A stretch of 64,000 bases of DNA, from the NCBI GenBank assembly GCA_963715985.1, contig CAVQSP010000015.1, forward strand, positions 96,001-160,000, given 5' to 3'. Position 1 is the stretch's first letter; every line of letters starts with the position of its first letter. A model generated the notes under the pieces. That model was not told the origin of the DNA. It made no database searches and worked only from the letters and a program-made list of their open reading frames with translations. Source of the stretch: an uncultured Thermoleophilia bacterium (lineage in GTDB: Bacteria; Actinomycetota; Thermoleophilia; UBA2241). Position numbers and translations under genes: made by a program. This document shows, piece by piece, positions 49,727 to 60,291 of the stretch.

Positions 49727-51445
49727 TCAGGCGGGCCGCGGCGCCTGCGCCCGTTCCTCTTCTTCCAGGAGCCGGTAGTCGACCTTGCCGATCGCGGTCA
49801 GCGGAAGCTGATCGCGGAACTCGATGGACCGCGGGCGGGAGTGCGGGCCCAGGTTTCCACGGCAGTGCTCGATCAGCTCGTGCTCGAGCTCGTCGCTGCC
49901 GGCCCATCCCTCATTGAGGGTCACGAACCCTTTCGGGACCTGCCCCTTGAGCGGGTGCGGTACGCCGACGACGCAGGCGAGCCGCACTGCCGGGTGCGCG
50001 TGCAGCACCTCCTCGATCGTGGTCGGGTACACGCCGATGCCGGACGTCTTGATGATCTTCTTCATCCTGAGCTTGAAGTACAAGAACCCGTCCTCGTCCA
50101 TGGATCCGACATCGCCGGTGTGCAGCCACATCTTCCCGTCCTCGTGCCGACGCAGCGCCTCAGCAGTCTCGGCAGGACGATCGAGGTAACCGATCATCAC
50201 TGTCGGACCGCTGACGCAGATCTCGCCGTCCTCCATCGGCTCGGCTTCCCGAGTCGTGCCGGCGTGCACCACCTTGACGGACGTGTCCGGACACGGGATG
50301 CCGACGCTGCCCTCGCGGTGGTGGTCCTGCGGCATGAGCGTCGCCGCCGCCACGCACTCAGTCAGGCCGTAGCCTTCGCGTAGCGAGACCGTCCCCCCAT
50401 TGTTCCTGAGCACGGCCTCGAAGTTGTCCTTGGTCTCCCGGCTCAGCTTGTCCCCGCCCGAGAAGACGCCCTTGAAGCACGACAGCCGAGTGCCGCGGAA
50501 CGCGGGGTCGGCCGCGAGCGTGTCGAACAGAGTGGGCACGCCGGCCATGTACTGAGGCCGATGCTTGCGGATGAGCCGCGCCAGTGTGTCGGGGGTGAGG
50601 CGCGGGATCAGGATGCAGATGCCGCCGTACATGAGCACTGCGTGGATGCCGATAGCGAGGCCGAAGCCGTGGAACATGGGCAGGATGGAGAGCATGGAGT
50701 CGCCCGGGAGGATGGCGCCGATGGCGGCCGCCCTCAACTGCATCGCCAAGGCGTTGCAGTTGCGGCTGGATAGCATCACGGCTTTGGGCGCTCCCGTCGT
50801 GCCGCCGCTGAACAGGACGAGGGCCATCTCGTCCGCGGCGATGGGGTCCGGGTCGTCCAGCTCGGGGTGGGTCTCGCCCTTGTCCCGCAGGGTCCTCCAG
50901 CTGACGATCCTGGGGCCCTCGGGGACCCGTGCGACCCGCCGTCCCTTCTTCAGCGCGAACGCGACGGCGGCAAACGGGGGCAGCGCATCGCGGACACGGC
51001 AGACCACGGTGCGCTCGACGGGGGTCTGCGGCAGCACCTTCGCGAACTGCGGGTAGAAGAGATCCAGGGTGATGGCCCAGGTGCACGAGGACTCGGCCGC
51101 CTGGGTGCGGATCTCCGCCGGGGCCGACAGCGGATGGATCATCGCCGGCACGGCGCCCAGCCGGTTGAGGGCGTAGAACGCCACCACGGCCTGGGGGATG
51201 TTGGGGAGGCAGACGAGGACGCGGTCGCCCGGCCTCATGCCCTCGGCGGCGAGACCGCGGCTGAGCTCGACGACGAGCCGGTGGAGCTCCCGGAAGGACA
51301 TCGTGCGCCCGAGGCACGAAAGCGCCGTGGACTCGGGCGCCACCGCCACCCGGGCCTTCAGGGCGCCGTACAGGGAGAGATCGGGATACGAGAGGCTCTG
51401 AGGTGTCTCGCCGTAGAAGCGCAGCCACGGCCGCGTCTCGTGCAC
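49727..51445 (-). CDS. Long-chain acyl-CoA ligase (AMP-binding)
   Basis: FSGGTTGAPKAV, EGYGLTE, WLHTGDVG, LPLTAIGKV. Confidence 0.92.
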   Translation of the reverse strand: MHETRPWLRFYGETPQSLSYPDLSLYGALKARVAVAPESTALSCLGRTMSFRELHRLVVELSRGLAAEGMRPGDRVLVCLPNIPQAVVAFYALNRLGAVPAMIHPLSAPAEIRTQAAESSCTWAITLDLFYPQFAKVLPQTPVERTVVCRVRDALPPFAAVAFALKKGRRVARVPEGPRIVSWRTLRDKGETHPELDDPDPIAADEMALVLFSGGTTGAPKAVMLSSRNCNALAMQLRAAAIGAILPGDSMLSILPMFHGFGLAIGIHAVLMYGGICILIPRLTPDTLARLIRKHRPQYMAGVPTLFDTLAADPAFRGTRLSCFKGVFSGGDKLSRETKDNFEAVLRNNGGTVSLREGYGLTECVAAATLMPQDHHREGSVGIPCPDTSVKVVHAGTTREAEPMEDGEICVSGPTVMIGYLDRPAETAEALRRHEDGKMWLHTGDVGSMDEDGFLYFKLRMKKIIKTSGIGVYPTTIEEVLHAHPAVRLACVVGVPHPLKGQVPKGFVTLNEGWAGSDELEHELIEHCRGNLGPHSRPRSIEFRDQLPLTAIGKVDYRLLEEEERAQAPRPA

Positions 51446-51453
51446 CGTCCAGC

Positions 51454-52329
51454 CTACGCTTTGAGCCTGAGCTCCGCGAGGAGCTCAGGCGTGAGCTCCG
51501 GAGGCTCCTCCAACTGCTCGGGGTGCTCCACGAGCTCGCGAAGCAGGTCGACGGCTCTGGCGCAGTAGATGCCGTCCACGACCCGGTCGTCGAACGTGAA
51601 CGTGACCGTCATCACGGCGCGCTCGACCGTCCCTTCCTCGGTCGTCACGAGCACTCTGCGGACCTTGCCCAGCGCGACGAACAGCCCGCAGGTGCCGAGA
51701 TTGAAGAGGTGGTGGAGGGGAGCGTCGATACCGATGCTGCCCACGTTGGTGACGAACGCGGACGCGTAGAACGGCAGTGACTTGAGGAAGGACTCGGGCA
51801 GCATGTTCAGGTCGTCCAGGCCGAGCAGGAGGCGGACCGCGGCCCGGAGCACCAGCGGCGGCAGCTTAACGAGCAGGGCGTTCGTCTGGTCGCTGGTGCC
51901 GCCGTCCCCCCGTCTCGCGCGGAGGACGTAGTCCCTGAGCCTGGGTGCGAGCGAGGACAGCGTCTCGTCCGGCCGCAAGGGGATCGTCACGACGAACTCC
52001 TGGCCGTCGTCCGTGAGCTGCCTCTTGACGACGAACGATATGATGATCTCGTTACGCTGGTAGTAGCGGTACCCCGACACGAACCGGTTCATCCGGGGGC
52101 GAAGGGCGATGGTCCGCGCCCCCGCGCAGAGACACACGGTGAACAGGCCCACCGCGTCGCCGTGCATGGCCTTCGCGCCGCGGATGTACTCGAGCGTGTG
52201 CGTGACGTCGAACTCCTGCTCGAAGAAGATGGAGGCGTCCGTGCGCCTGGGGATGAGGTACGGGAGGATCTGCGTGAAGTGGGGCAGGTCCCGGAGGAGT
52301 GTGCCGTCAGGCCGTGATTTCCTCAGCAT
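51454..52329 (-). CDS. Stand-alone 2-oxoacid dehydrogenase E2/CAT-like acyltransferase domain
   Basis: PRMNRF, SAFVTNVGSIG, TFDDRVVDG; no lipoyl domain. Confidence 0.8.
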   Translation of the reverse strand: MLRKSRPDGTLLRDLPHFTQILPYLIPRRTDASIFFEQEFDVTHTLEYIRGAKAMHGDAVGLFTVCLCAGARTIALRPRMNRFVSGYRYYQRNEIIISFVVKRQLTDDGQEFVVTIPLRPDETLSSLAPRLRDYVLRARRGDGGTSDQTNALLVKLPPLVLRAAVRLLLGLDDLNMLPESFLKSLPFYASAFVTNVGSIGIDAPLHHLFNLGTCGLFVALGKVRRVLVTTEEGTVERAVMTVTFTFDDRVVDGIYCARAVDLLRELVEHPEQLEEPPELTPELLAELRLKA

Positions 52330-52461
52330 GGTAGGCGCGAGTATATCCCGGCGGTCACGGATGCGGGCAAGCGCACGGAACCGCCGGCGGGTGTCTTTGG
52401 CCACCCCGAGGCAGGCTGGTAGTATCGGGCACGTGAAAGGGCTCGGGGACGTTATCTGGGG

Positions 52462-53579
52462 ATGCTGACGCTTGCGCGACAAAACCTGTTCAAGGAGAAG
52501 GCGCGGCTCGCCATCTCGATCGGCGGGGTGGCTTTCGCGGTCACGCTCATCATTCTCCTCCGGGGGCTGTACCTGGCCTACGAGACCAAGGTCAGCGACT
52601 ACTACGACTCCATGGACGTGGACGCGTGGGTGCTGCAGAAGGGCAGCGCCGACCTGCTCTTCTCGTACTCGGTGCTGCCCGACGAGTGAGCGACTACCTC
52701 GAGAACATCTACGGCGTCAAGGAGGCGGTGCCGTACACGGCCCGCCAGGTCGGCTTCACGATCGACGGCCGCGACGTGGTGCTGTACGTCGTGGGCTTCA
52801 ACCCCGACCGCACCGGGCCCGGCCCGGGGCCCGGTGGCCATGGACTCCGGCACGCGCAGCCATCGACAACCGCGAGATCATCGTCGACAAGGTGTTCGCG
52901 CGGAAGTACGGCGTCAAGCTCGGCGACATCCTGGACATCAACGACCAGAAGCTCACGGTGGCCGGCATCAGCTCGGGCGGTGACATGGTGGTGTTCCAGT
53001 ACGGCTTCGTCACCCGCTGGCGAGCGCGCAAGCTGCTGGACCTGCAGGGGATCGCCACGGGGTTCCTGCTCACCTATGAGCCCGGCGTGGCCCCGGGGTT
53101 CGTCAAGGACCAGGTGCAGTCTCTGGAGGCCACGGCCACGGTCAAGTCGCTGGCCGAGGTGATCAAGGCCAACCGCCGCGTGATCAACGAGGGCTTCCTG
53201 CCGGTGCTCGGCGTGCTGCTTGTGATCGGGTTCTTCATCGGGGTGGCCGTCATCGGCCTCACCATCTACTCCTCGGTGCTGGAGCACCGCCGCGAGTACG
53301 GCGTCCTGAAGGCGGTCGGCGCCCGCACGCAGACAGATGCTCGTGGTGGTCGCGGTGCAGGCCATGTTCGCGGCCATCGCCGGCTACTTCGTGGGCGTCG
53401 GCGTCTCGCTGCTGGCCGCGCGAGGGGCCGAGGAGTGGGTGCCGCAGTTCATCACCAACATCCAGACCAGGGACTTGGCGCTGGTCGGGGCAGCCGCCGT
53501 GGTCATGGGCCTGCTCGCGGCTTTCGCCCCGCTGCGCAAGATCGCCTCGGTCGACCCGGCGGTGGTGTTCCGCGCATGA
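52462..53579 (+). CDS. FtsX/MacB-like ABC permease, copy 2, frameshifted
   Basis: LARQNLFKEKARLAISIGGVAFAV; EHRREYGVLKAVGAR; VDPAVVFRA, spread over several frames. Confidence 0.85.
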
Positions 53580-54275
53580 GCGACCAGCCGCTGCTACTGC
53601 TCGACCACGTGAGCAAGTCGTTCGGCCACGGCGCCGCCGAGGTCAAGGCGCTCGACGACGCCAACCTGCGCCTGGATCCCGGCGAGCTGGCGCTGATCAT
53701 CGGGCCGTCAGGCTCCGGGAAGACCACCCTGCTCGATGATCGCCGGCGCCATGCTCACGGCCTCGACCGGCGAGGTCTACCTGCGCGGCACGCCGCTGAG
53801 TAGGCGCAACCCCCGCCAGCTCGCCGACATCCGCCTCATGCGCATCGGCTTCGTCTTTCAGTCGTTCAACCTCTTCCCCGCCCTCAACGCGCTCGACAAC
53901 GTCGCCCTGCCCGCATCCCTCGCAGGGGTGGGCGGGCGCAAGCGCAGGAAGCGGGCGGCGGAGGTCCTCGAGAAGCTGGGCCTCGGCGGACGCATGCACC
54001 ACATCCCCGAGCAGCTCTCGGCGGGCGAGAAGCAGCGCGTGGCGCTGGGGCGCGCCCTCATCAACGACCCGCCGCTGCTGCTCGCCGACGAGCCCACGGC
54101 CAACCTGGACTCGGTGAGCGGCCGCAACGTGCTCGCGCTCTTCCGCGAGATCGCCGCCTCCGAGGGGAGGGCCGTGCTCGTGGTCACCCACGACGCGCGC
54201 ATCATCGAGCAGGGCGACCGCGTGATGCACCTCGTCGACGGGCACCTCGACGGCGAAGGGGACTGGGACAAGTAG
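53576..54275 (+). CDS. LolD/MacB-type ABC ATPase, frameshift near 53735
   Basis: GPSGSGKTTLL; IGFVFQSFNL; LSAGEKQRVA; LADEPTANLD; VTHD. Confidence 0.9.
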
Positions 54276-54384
54276 GCGGATGACGTGGCGGAGCGCCCGC
54301 GAGGGCGACTGCGAGCGACTCGCGACGCGAACGAAGGCGGCCCCGGAGCGCAGGCGTGCCGCGACAGCTGGAGAGTGCTGGATC

Positions 54385-54415
54385 GGTTCCCCCGGAAGGA
54401 CTCGAACCTTCGACC
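54385..54415 (-). repeat. Copy of the tRNA-Arg 3' end (att-like direct repeat)
   Basis: GGTTCCCCCGGAAGGACTCGAACCTTCGACC versus GGTGCCCCCGGAAGGATTCGAACCTTCGACC at 62989; 2 mismatches in 31 bp. Confidence 0.9.
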
Positions 54416-54454
54416 CGAACTGAGGTCGCTGTTCGACGCCCTGTAGCCCGTCCG

Positions 54455-55015
54455 TCAGAGGCGGACGCCGGGCAAGTCCCGTTCCATGTGAAGCGTCGTG
54501 CCGTGTTCGTCGGAGAGGATCTCCAGGTCGTCCATGAGGTTGCGGATCAGGAACAGCCCGCGTCCGTGCTCGCCCATCAGGTCGGGCTCTGCATCACTGT
54601 CGATCTGCGACGGGTCGAAGCCGGGTCCCCCGTCGCTGACTTCGAGCGTGAGATGGTCGTCGCGCAGGTCGGCGAAGACGCCCACGGGGCTGCCCGCCGC
54701 GTGCGCGACCGCGTTGATGAGCGCTTCGTCGGCGCAGAGCACGATCATTCGCGAGGCTGCATCGTCGATGCCGTTCGCGGTCAGATAGGTCGTAAGAGTC
54801 TCGCGCAACACAGCAGCCGATGACGGCCGAGCCGCGAACCAACGCCGGAACGCGTCGGCGCGCTGCCGCCGCCAACGGCTGGTATCGCTGCAAGCAGCCC
54901 CGACGGCCACGAGACCAGGAGCGCTGCCCCTCGCGGCCGTGACCGTGGCCGCCCTGTGGCACGGGGTGCGATCGACTGTGGTCTCCATCTTCCCCTTGAC
55001 TGCCCCGGTCTTCAT
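54455..55015 (-). CDS. RsbW-like HATPase (anti-sigma/Ser kinase fold)
   Basis: LCADEALINAVAH, EVSDGGPGFD, EHGRGLFLIRNLMD. Confidence 0.82.
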   Translation of the reverse strand: MKTGAVKGKMETTVDRTPCHRAATVTAARGSAPGLVAVGAACSDTSRWRRQRADAFRRWFAARPSSAAVLRETLTTYLTANGIDDAASRMIVLCADEALINAVAHAAGSPVGVFADLRDDHLTLEVSDGGPGFDPSQIDSDAEPDLMGEHGRGLFLIRNLMDDLEILSDEHGTTLHMERDLPGVRL

Positions 55016-55166
55016 GGCTCCCACCCCTCCGATGACTCGGATCACAGATGTGGTCGTGGCTCGAGTGTGGCCCTGGGGGAGGGGCGGGCGCGCCGGCCAT
55101 CGGGGGAGAATCTGACCTGCAGATGCGGGGAGTCTTTGCCCTGGTCAGGTGGACAGGGGGTGGCGT

Positions 55167-57410
55167 CTACGGGCGCCAGACGGCACGGACACAGGTGCCG
55201 GCGTCGCTCGACGACAGCTCGAGCCGCGCCCCGATCGACTCGGCCCGCTCCGCCATGATGCCGAGCCCGAGGCTGCCGGGCCGGGCCGCCTCCGGGTCGA
55301 ACCCGCTGCCGTCGTCGGCGACGACGAGCTCGAGGGCTCCGCGCTCCAGCCCGTCGTCGCCACAGTCGCGCAAGAGCACGCTCGCGTGCTCGGCCCCGGA
55401 GTGCTTGGCCACGTTGTTGAGCGCTTCCTGCGCGATCCTGTAGAGCGCCACGCCGACCTCTGCCGGGACATCGATGGCCGTGTCCACGTGGACGTCGATC
55501 GGGATGCGCGAGCGCCCGGCCACGGCCTCCCCCAGCTGCTGCAGCAGATCGGGCAGGTTCGCTTCGGCGAGCGCGGCAGGACGCAGCTCGAGCAGCAGCG
55601 TGCGCATCTCGGCGAGGGCGCCACGGGTCAGCTGACGCAGCTCATCAAGTCTCACCCTTCCCTGCTGCGGGTCACGCTCGTAGATCCGGGGGAGGACCTC
55701 CGCGATCAGTGACGCCGAGAACAGCGTCTGACTCACGGCGTCGTGGAGGTCGCGAGCCAGGCGGTTCCTCTCCATCGCCGCGGCCGACTCCTCGGCCTGC
55801 GCGTAGAGGCGGGCGTTGTCGACCGCCATGCCTATCTGGTTGCCGAGGCCCGACAACGAGGCGAGATGCTCGGGTGTGAGCTCCATGTCGTCCGCGGCAA
55901 AGAGCACCAGGGCACCGAACACTGTCCCCTTGGCGGTGAGCGGGATCTCCACGGCGGACCGCCAGCCCGCCGTCTCGAGCGCGTTCAGCGCATCGCCGGA
56001 GGCCAGGACGTCAAGCGTCAAGGCCTGGGCCTGCCTGCCCGGCTCTCTCAGGCGCCGTTCCAGGACCTCCGGGACACGAAGCGCGAGGGCGGCCGAGACG
56101 TCCGACGAGAGGTTCACGGACGTCTCCAGCTTCAGCACGCCATCTCCGCTGTCGATATCCGGGAGGACGAACGCGGCACCTGCCGCGAAGCCGAGCTCCG
56201 GGATGATCTTTCCCAAGGCGTCCTCCAGGATGCGTCCGAGATTGAGCGACTGGCTGACCACGGCCGCAACGGCGTTGAGGGTGGCGAGCTCCTGCGTGCG
56301 AGCGGCCACCCGCCTGTCGAGATCCGCGTACGAGTCACGCAGCTGAGCGGACATCTCGTTGAACTGCTGCCCGAGCTCCTGCAGCTCGTCATGGGTCGTG
56401 ATGCTGACCGAGTGCTCGAAGTCGCCGGCCGCCACCTGTCGAGCCGCCTGCGTGAGGTCGAGCACCGGCCGCGTCAGGCGTCGCACCCCGAGCAGCACGA
56501 CCAGGGACGGGACCAGCACGCCGAGCACGAGGAGGACCAGGAGGAAGGTGCGGTACCCTTGGGATGGCTGAATGAGGGCCGACCAGTTCTCGACGGCGAT
56601 CAGGCCCCACGGCGTCCCCGGCACCGGGGCATAGCCGGCCACCACGTCCGTGCGGTTCAAGTCCTGGGTACGCTCGGCGCCGGTCTGGCCGGAGACGACG
56701 CGCCGGACCACTCTCTGCGACGTGAGGTCGGTCCCCACGAGCGCCGGGTCGGGGTGGGCGATGACGCGGCCGCTGCCGTCGACCAGGTACACGTCGCCGC
56801 TCACCCCCACGCGAAGCTTGGCGATGTCGCCGTACAGCGCGCTGACCGAGGTCGCCCCCAGACGGAACATGCCGGCGAGGACACCGTTGAACTCTCCCTG
56901 CGGCCCGGTGATCGGCACGGCGACCGTGATGACCTGGGCACCGCCGACCCCGTCGGGGGTGATGTCCGAGTACACCGGTCGTGGGGAGCGCAGAAGCTGG
57001 ACGAAGTACGGGCGCGACGCCCAGTCCTTGCCCATGTCCCCGGGACGCTTCGGCCAGGCGGCGGCGAGGATGCCGTGCGCGTCGAGGATGATCGTGCCGG
57101 CATCGAAGATGGAGAGCTTGTTCGCGGCCGCGGTGAGGGCGGCCTCCTGCCGGCCGGACCGCCCGCCGGCGATGTCGGACTGCCGGGTGAGGCTGCCGAG
57201 GTCGAGCGAGAACTGACTGATCTCGGCCGCCAGGTTCGTGGCCGAGAGGCGCGCCAGCTCCTGGTTTCGCTGTACGGCCTGCTGCTCCGTCACGCGGGAG
57301 TAGGCGAAGAAGGCGACGACCGCCACGGCAAAGAGGATGACGGCCGAAGGGACGAACGACCAGGCAAGGATCCGCGTCCTCAGGCGAACATGGGTCAGGC
57401 GCACCGGCAT
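55167..57410 (-). CDS. Sensor histidine kinase (Cache, HAMP, GAF, HisKA_3, HATPase)
   Basis: SRPYF Cache motif; HAMP segment; ERNRLARDLHDAVSQ; QEALNNVAKHS; DDGSGFD; GLGIMAERA. Confidence 0.95.
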   Translation of the reverse strand: MPVRLTHVRLRTRILAWSFVPSAVILFAVAVVAFFAYSRVTEQQAVQRNQELARLSATNLAAEISQFSLDLGSLTRQSDIAGGRSGRQEAALTAAANKLSIFDAGTIILDAHGILAAAWPKRPGDMGKDWASRPYFVQLLRSPRPVYSDITPDGVGGAQVITVAVPITGPQGEFNGVLAGMFRLGATSVSALYGDIAKLRVGVSGDVYLVDGSGRVIAHPDPALVGTDLTSQRVVRRVVSGQTGAERTQDLNRTDVVAGYAPVPGTPWGLIAVENWSALIQPSQGYRTFLLVLLVLGVLVPSLVVLLGVRRLTRPVLDLTQAARQVAAGDFEHSVSITTHDELQELGQQFNEMSAQLRDSYADLDRRVAARTQELATLNAVAAVVSQSLNLGRILEDALGKIIPELGFAAGAAFVLPDIDSGDGVLKLETSVNLSSDVSAALALRVPEVLERRLREPGRQAQALTLDVLASGDALNALETAGWRSAVEIPLTAKGTVFGALVLFAADDMELTPEHLASLSGLGNQIGMAVDNARLYAQAEESAAAMERNRLARDLHDAVSQTLFSASLIAEVLPRIYERDPQQGRVRLDELRQLTRGALAEMRTLLLELRPAALAEANLPDLLQQLGEAVAGRSRIPIDVHVDTAIDVPAEVGVALYRIAQEALNNVAKHSGAEHASVLLRDCGDDGLERGALELVVADDGSGFDPEAARPGSLGLGIMAERAESIGARLELSSSDAGTCVRAVWRP

Positions 57411-57431
57411 GGCTGCGACCCCGACCAGCCG

Positions 57432-58820
57432 CTAGCTGGTGGCGTTCGCCTGAGCCGCCTCGATCTGCCGACTCACGCCACGCAGGATGTCGACGCTCTC
57501 TTGACCGAGGGTGAAGATCTTCGTGAAGGCGTCGAGGAGGAGGCGCGTCGCCTCCTCCATGTTCCTGGGGAACGTCTCCTGGACGACCGAGTATCCTTCG
57601 CGGTGGGGAGCGGCGAATGCGTCGAGGTCCATTCCCTGGGCCTTCTGCGGGTACTGCTGCCTGACGAGCCGTTCCCAGTCGTCCACCAGCGACAACCGGG
57701 CCGGCTGCAGGAGGTTCGCCTTGGCCATGGCCAGGGCGTACTCCTTGCTCACCAGGAACTTGACGAGCTCCCACGCCTCCCGAGGGTGACGCGTGCCCGA
57801 GTAGATGCCGAAGCCGTCGGTCGTGCTGAGCGTGGTCCGCCCCGCCGGTCCCGCGGGGAGCGGCGCTACTCCGATGCGGAAGTCCGCGTTCTCGAGGATG
57901 CTCTTGAGGGCCCAGGAGCCGTCCTCGACCATCGCGAGCTGGCCGGCGGAGAACGCCGCCGCCGTCCCTACGTTGTTGACGTCGGTGAAGGTCGCCATGA
58001 CCTTGTCGTCCCACATCCGTGCCCGCACCCACTCGAGGGCCGCCAGGGCTTGCGGTCCGTCGATGTCACATTTGGTGGGGTCCGCGGGGTCAACGATGTT
58101 GCCTCCCCAGGCATTGATGTGAACCTGCAGGCGGTCCCAGCCGATGTCGATCATGCTGCCCCAGATGTCGGTCTTGCCGTCAGCGTTGGTGTCGCGGGTC
58201 AGCTGCTTCATGGCCGCGAGGTAGTCGTCCTCGTTCCAGGAGTCGTCGGGGTAGGGGACCTGGTACCTGTCGAAGATGTCCTTGTTGTAGTAGAGCACCA
58301 GCGTGCCCTGGTACTTGGGCACGCCGAACTGACGGCCGCTGGCGTCGAACATGGCCCTGTACTGCGCGGGGTCCCAGTCGGCCACGATCGACTTGTCGAG
58401 GTCGGTCTCGACGTACTTCCTCAGATCGAGCACGTAGCCCATCTGCGCCCAGGCGGGGAAGAAGCCGCAGCATCCCTGGAACACGTCGGGTGCGTTCCCG
58501 GCCTGCATGTCGAGCGGCATCTGGTCGTTGAGGTTCTCCGGGTCGGGTGTGTAGAACACGCTGAGGTCGGGATGCTGAGCCTGGAACAACTGGAGCTCCC
58601 GCTGCGCCATGGGTGGGAACCACTCCGTGCGCCAGTCCTGGTAGACGAGCTGGACCCGCTCCTGGCCGGAGGAGGACGTCGAGTCATCGCCTCTACCGCA
58701 CGCGCTCAGGCTCAGCGCAGCCGCCGACAAGGCGCAGGCGATGAGAAGGACGATGAGCAGGACCGACCCACGAGCGATGCGTCGCCCCGTGGTGCGACCG
58801 GGGAGCCGGACCGCCGTCAT
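57432..58820 (-). CDS. Sugar-type ABC substrate-binding lipoprotein (orphan)
   Basis: Lipobox LSAC; AGNAPDVF; LYYNKDIFD; FSAGQLAM; EAWELVKFL. Confidence 0.9.
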   Translation of the reverse strand: MTAVRLPGRTTGRRIARGSVLLIVLLIACALSAAALSLSACGRGDDSTSSSGQERVQLVYQDWRTEWFPPMAQRELQLFQAQHPDLSVFYTPDPENLNDQMPLDMQAGNAPDVFQGCCGFFPAWAQMGYVLDLRKYVETDLDKSIVADWDPAQYRAMFDASGRQFGVPKYQGTLVLYYNKDIFDRYQVPYPDDSWNEDDYLAAMKQLTRDTNADGKTDIWGSMIDIGWDRLQVHINAWGGNIVDPADPTKCDIDGPQALAALEWVRARMWDDKVMATFTDVNNVGTAAAFSAGQLAMVEDGSWALKSILENADFRIGVAPLPAGPAGRTTLSTTDGFGIYSGTRHPREAWELVKFLVSKEYALAMAKANLLQPARLSLVDDWERLVRQQYPQKAQGMDLDAFAAPHREGYSVVQETFPRNMEEATRLLLDAFTKIFTLGQESVDILRGVSRQIEAAQANATS

Positions 58821-59455
58821 TCGACGAGCTTCCGCTGCAAGGCCACGGCGACCGCCTCGGTACGAGTCGCGGTTCCAAGCTTCATCAGGATGTTGCTGAC
58901 GTGGAACTTGACGGTGGACCGGCTGACGAAGAGCTTCTCCGCGATGTCAGGGTTGCTGTCTCCGTGCACCATCAGCTTGAGGATCTCCAGCTCCCGCGAC
59001 GTGAGGCCCTCCTCCTGCGCCGGCTCGGTCGCCGCCTTGATGAGCACCTGAGCCGCCTCCGGCGCGAGCGTGGGACGGCCGGCGTGCGCCTTCCGGATCG
59101 CGTCGGCGAGCTCGTCGGCCGTGACGTTCTTGAGAAGGTAGCTGAGGGCGCCCGCTTTGAGCGCGCCCTGGACCAGGTCGTCCTCCTTGAAGCTGGTGAG
59201 GGCGATCACCTGGACCTCCGGGCACGCCTCCTTGATGCGACGGGTCGCCTCGGCGCCGTCCACGTCCGGCATGACGAGGTCCATGAGCACCACGTCTGGC
59301 CTCAGTGAGATGCACTTGACGACCGCATCCGCGCCCCCGGTGGCGTCGCCCACGTGCTCGAAATCATCGAACGCCAGCAGGAAGGCTGAGAGCCCGCTCC
59401 GCACGACTGCATGGTCATCGACGATCATGACCTTGATGGCACGGTCGGCGTCCAT
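58817..59455 (-). CDS. NarL/LuxR family response regulator
   Basis: IVDDHAVVRSGL, VLMDLVMP, LTSRELEIL...TVKFHVSNIL. Confidence 0.95.
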   Translation of the reverse strand: MDADRAIKVMIVDDHAVVRSGLSAFLLAFDDFEHVGDATGGADAVVKCISLRPDVVLMDLVMPDVDGAEATRRIKEACPEVQVIALTSFKEDDLVQGALKAGALSYLLKNVTADELADAIRKAHAGRPTLAPEAAQVLIKAATEPAQEEGLTSRELEILKLMVHGDSNPDIAEKLFVSRSTVKFHVSNILMKLGTATRTEAVAVALQRKLVE

Positions 59456-59677
59456 CGTGTCTCCCTTCGATCCAGTTGTTCAGGATAGCGGGACTTGCGG
59501 CCTCACGAAAGGCGACGCCGTATATCGGCCGCCGACATGATGCACCTGGCCATCCGTCCAGGCTCAAGACTGCCCGACCGGTCAGGCGCACGTCTCACCG
59601 CGTGGCGGGCGCGCTCGAGAGAGTCCCAGGCCTACGCTGTGGCTGCAATGGGAGCCACAGGAGAACAACACTGCTGC

Positions 59678-60058
59678 ATGCGAACGGTCCTGGCCGACGG
59701 CCAGCCCGCGGTCCGGGATGCTCTTCGCGACCTGGTGACTCACGGCCTCGGTATGCAGGTGGTCGGTGAAGCCAGGACGCTCCAGACGCTGCAGCGCCAG
59801 GTGCAGGCGCACCGCCCGGATCTCGCGATCGTGGACTGGGGCCTGCTGGCCCAGCCCGCATCCGCACTCGCGGGCCTGCGCGCCTTCTCGCCGGGTCTGC
59901 GCATCGTCGTCATAGGGCTGCGTCCGGAGATGCGCCCCGCCGCCCTGGCGGCCGGCGCCGACGGATTCGTCAGCAAGGTGGACGCACCCGACGTCGTCGC
60001 CGGCGTCCTGCAGCCCTGCCCCAAGACTACTGATGAGCCGTCAGGGGGTCTGTCATGA
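59678..60058 (+). CDS. Stand-alone atypical receiver domain protein
   Basis: VLADGQPAVRDAL, PDLAIVDWGL, AGADGFVSK. Confidence 0.75.
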   Translation: MRTVLADGQPAVRDALRDLVTHGLGMQVVGEARTLQTLQRQVQAHRPDLAIVDWGLLAQPASALAGLRAFSPGLRIVVIGLRPEMRPAALAAGADGFVSKVDAPDVVAGVLQPCPKTTDEPSGGLS

Positions 60059-60291
60059 ACGAGTCGAGCACCGCTCGCGCCAGCTCATGGGCCAGCACGA
60101 TCCACACGCCGGGACCGGTACGTCGCGGCGGTCCCCGAGATCTTGGGGTGCGCGCCGGTCAGGCCTGCGAGCTGCATCCGTACCCCGGGCAGCCGGATGT
60201 CGACGACATCGGCATGCGCTGGGCGATCGCCTGGTACCACAACGTCCAGTCAAGGACATCGAGGTTGGGGGATGGTCATGTCGCAGCTTAG
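60055..60291 (+). CDS. Possible small protein (78 aa)
   Basis: ATGA overlap with the upstream stop; its end overlaps the MMPL start; no recognisable motif. Confidence 0.35.
   Translation: MNESSTARASSWASTIHTPGPVRRGGPRDLGVRAGQACELHPYPGQPDVDDIGMRWAIAWYHNVQSRTSRLGDGHVAA

Noticed and set aside
54385-54420. Second tRNA gene
   Set aside because: Only the T-arm and 3' acceptor strand are present; there is no anticodon or D arm.
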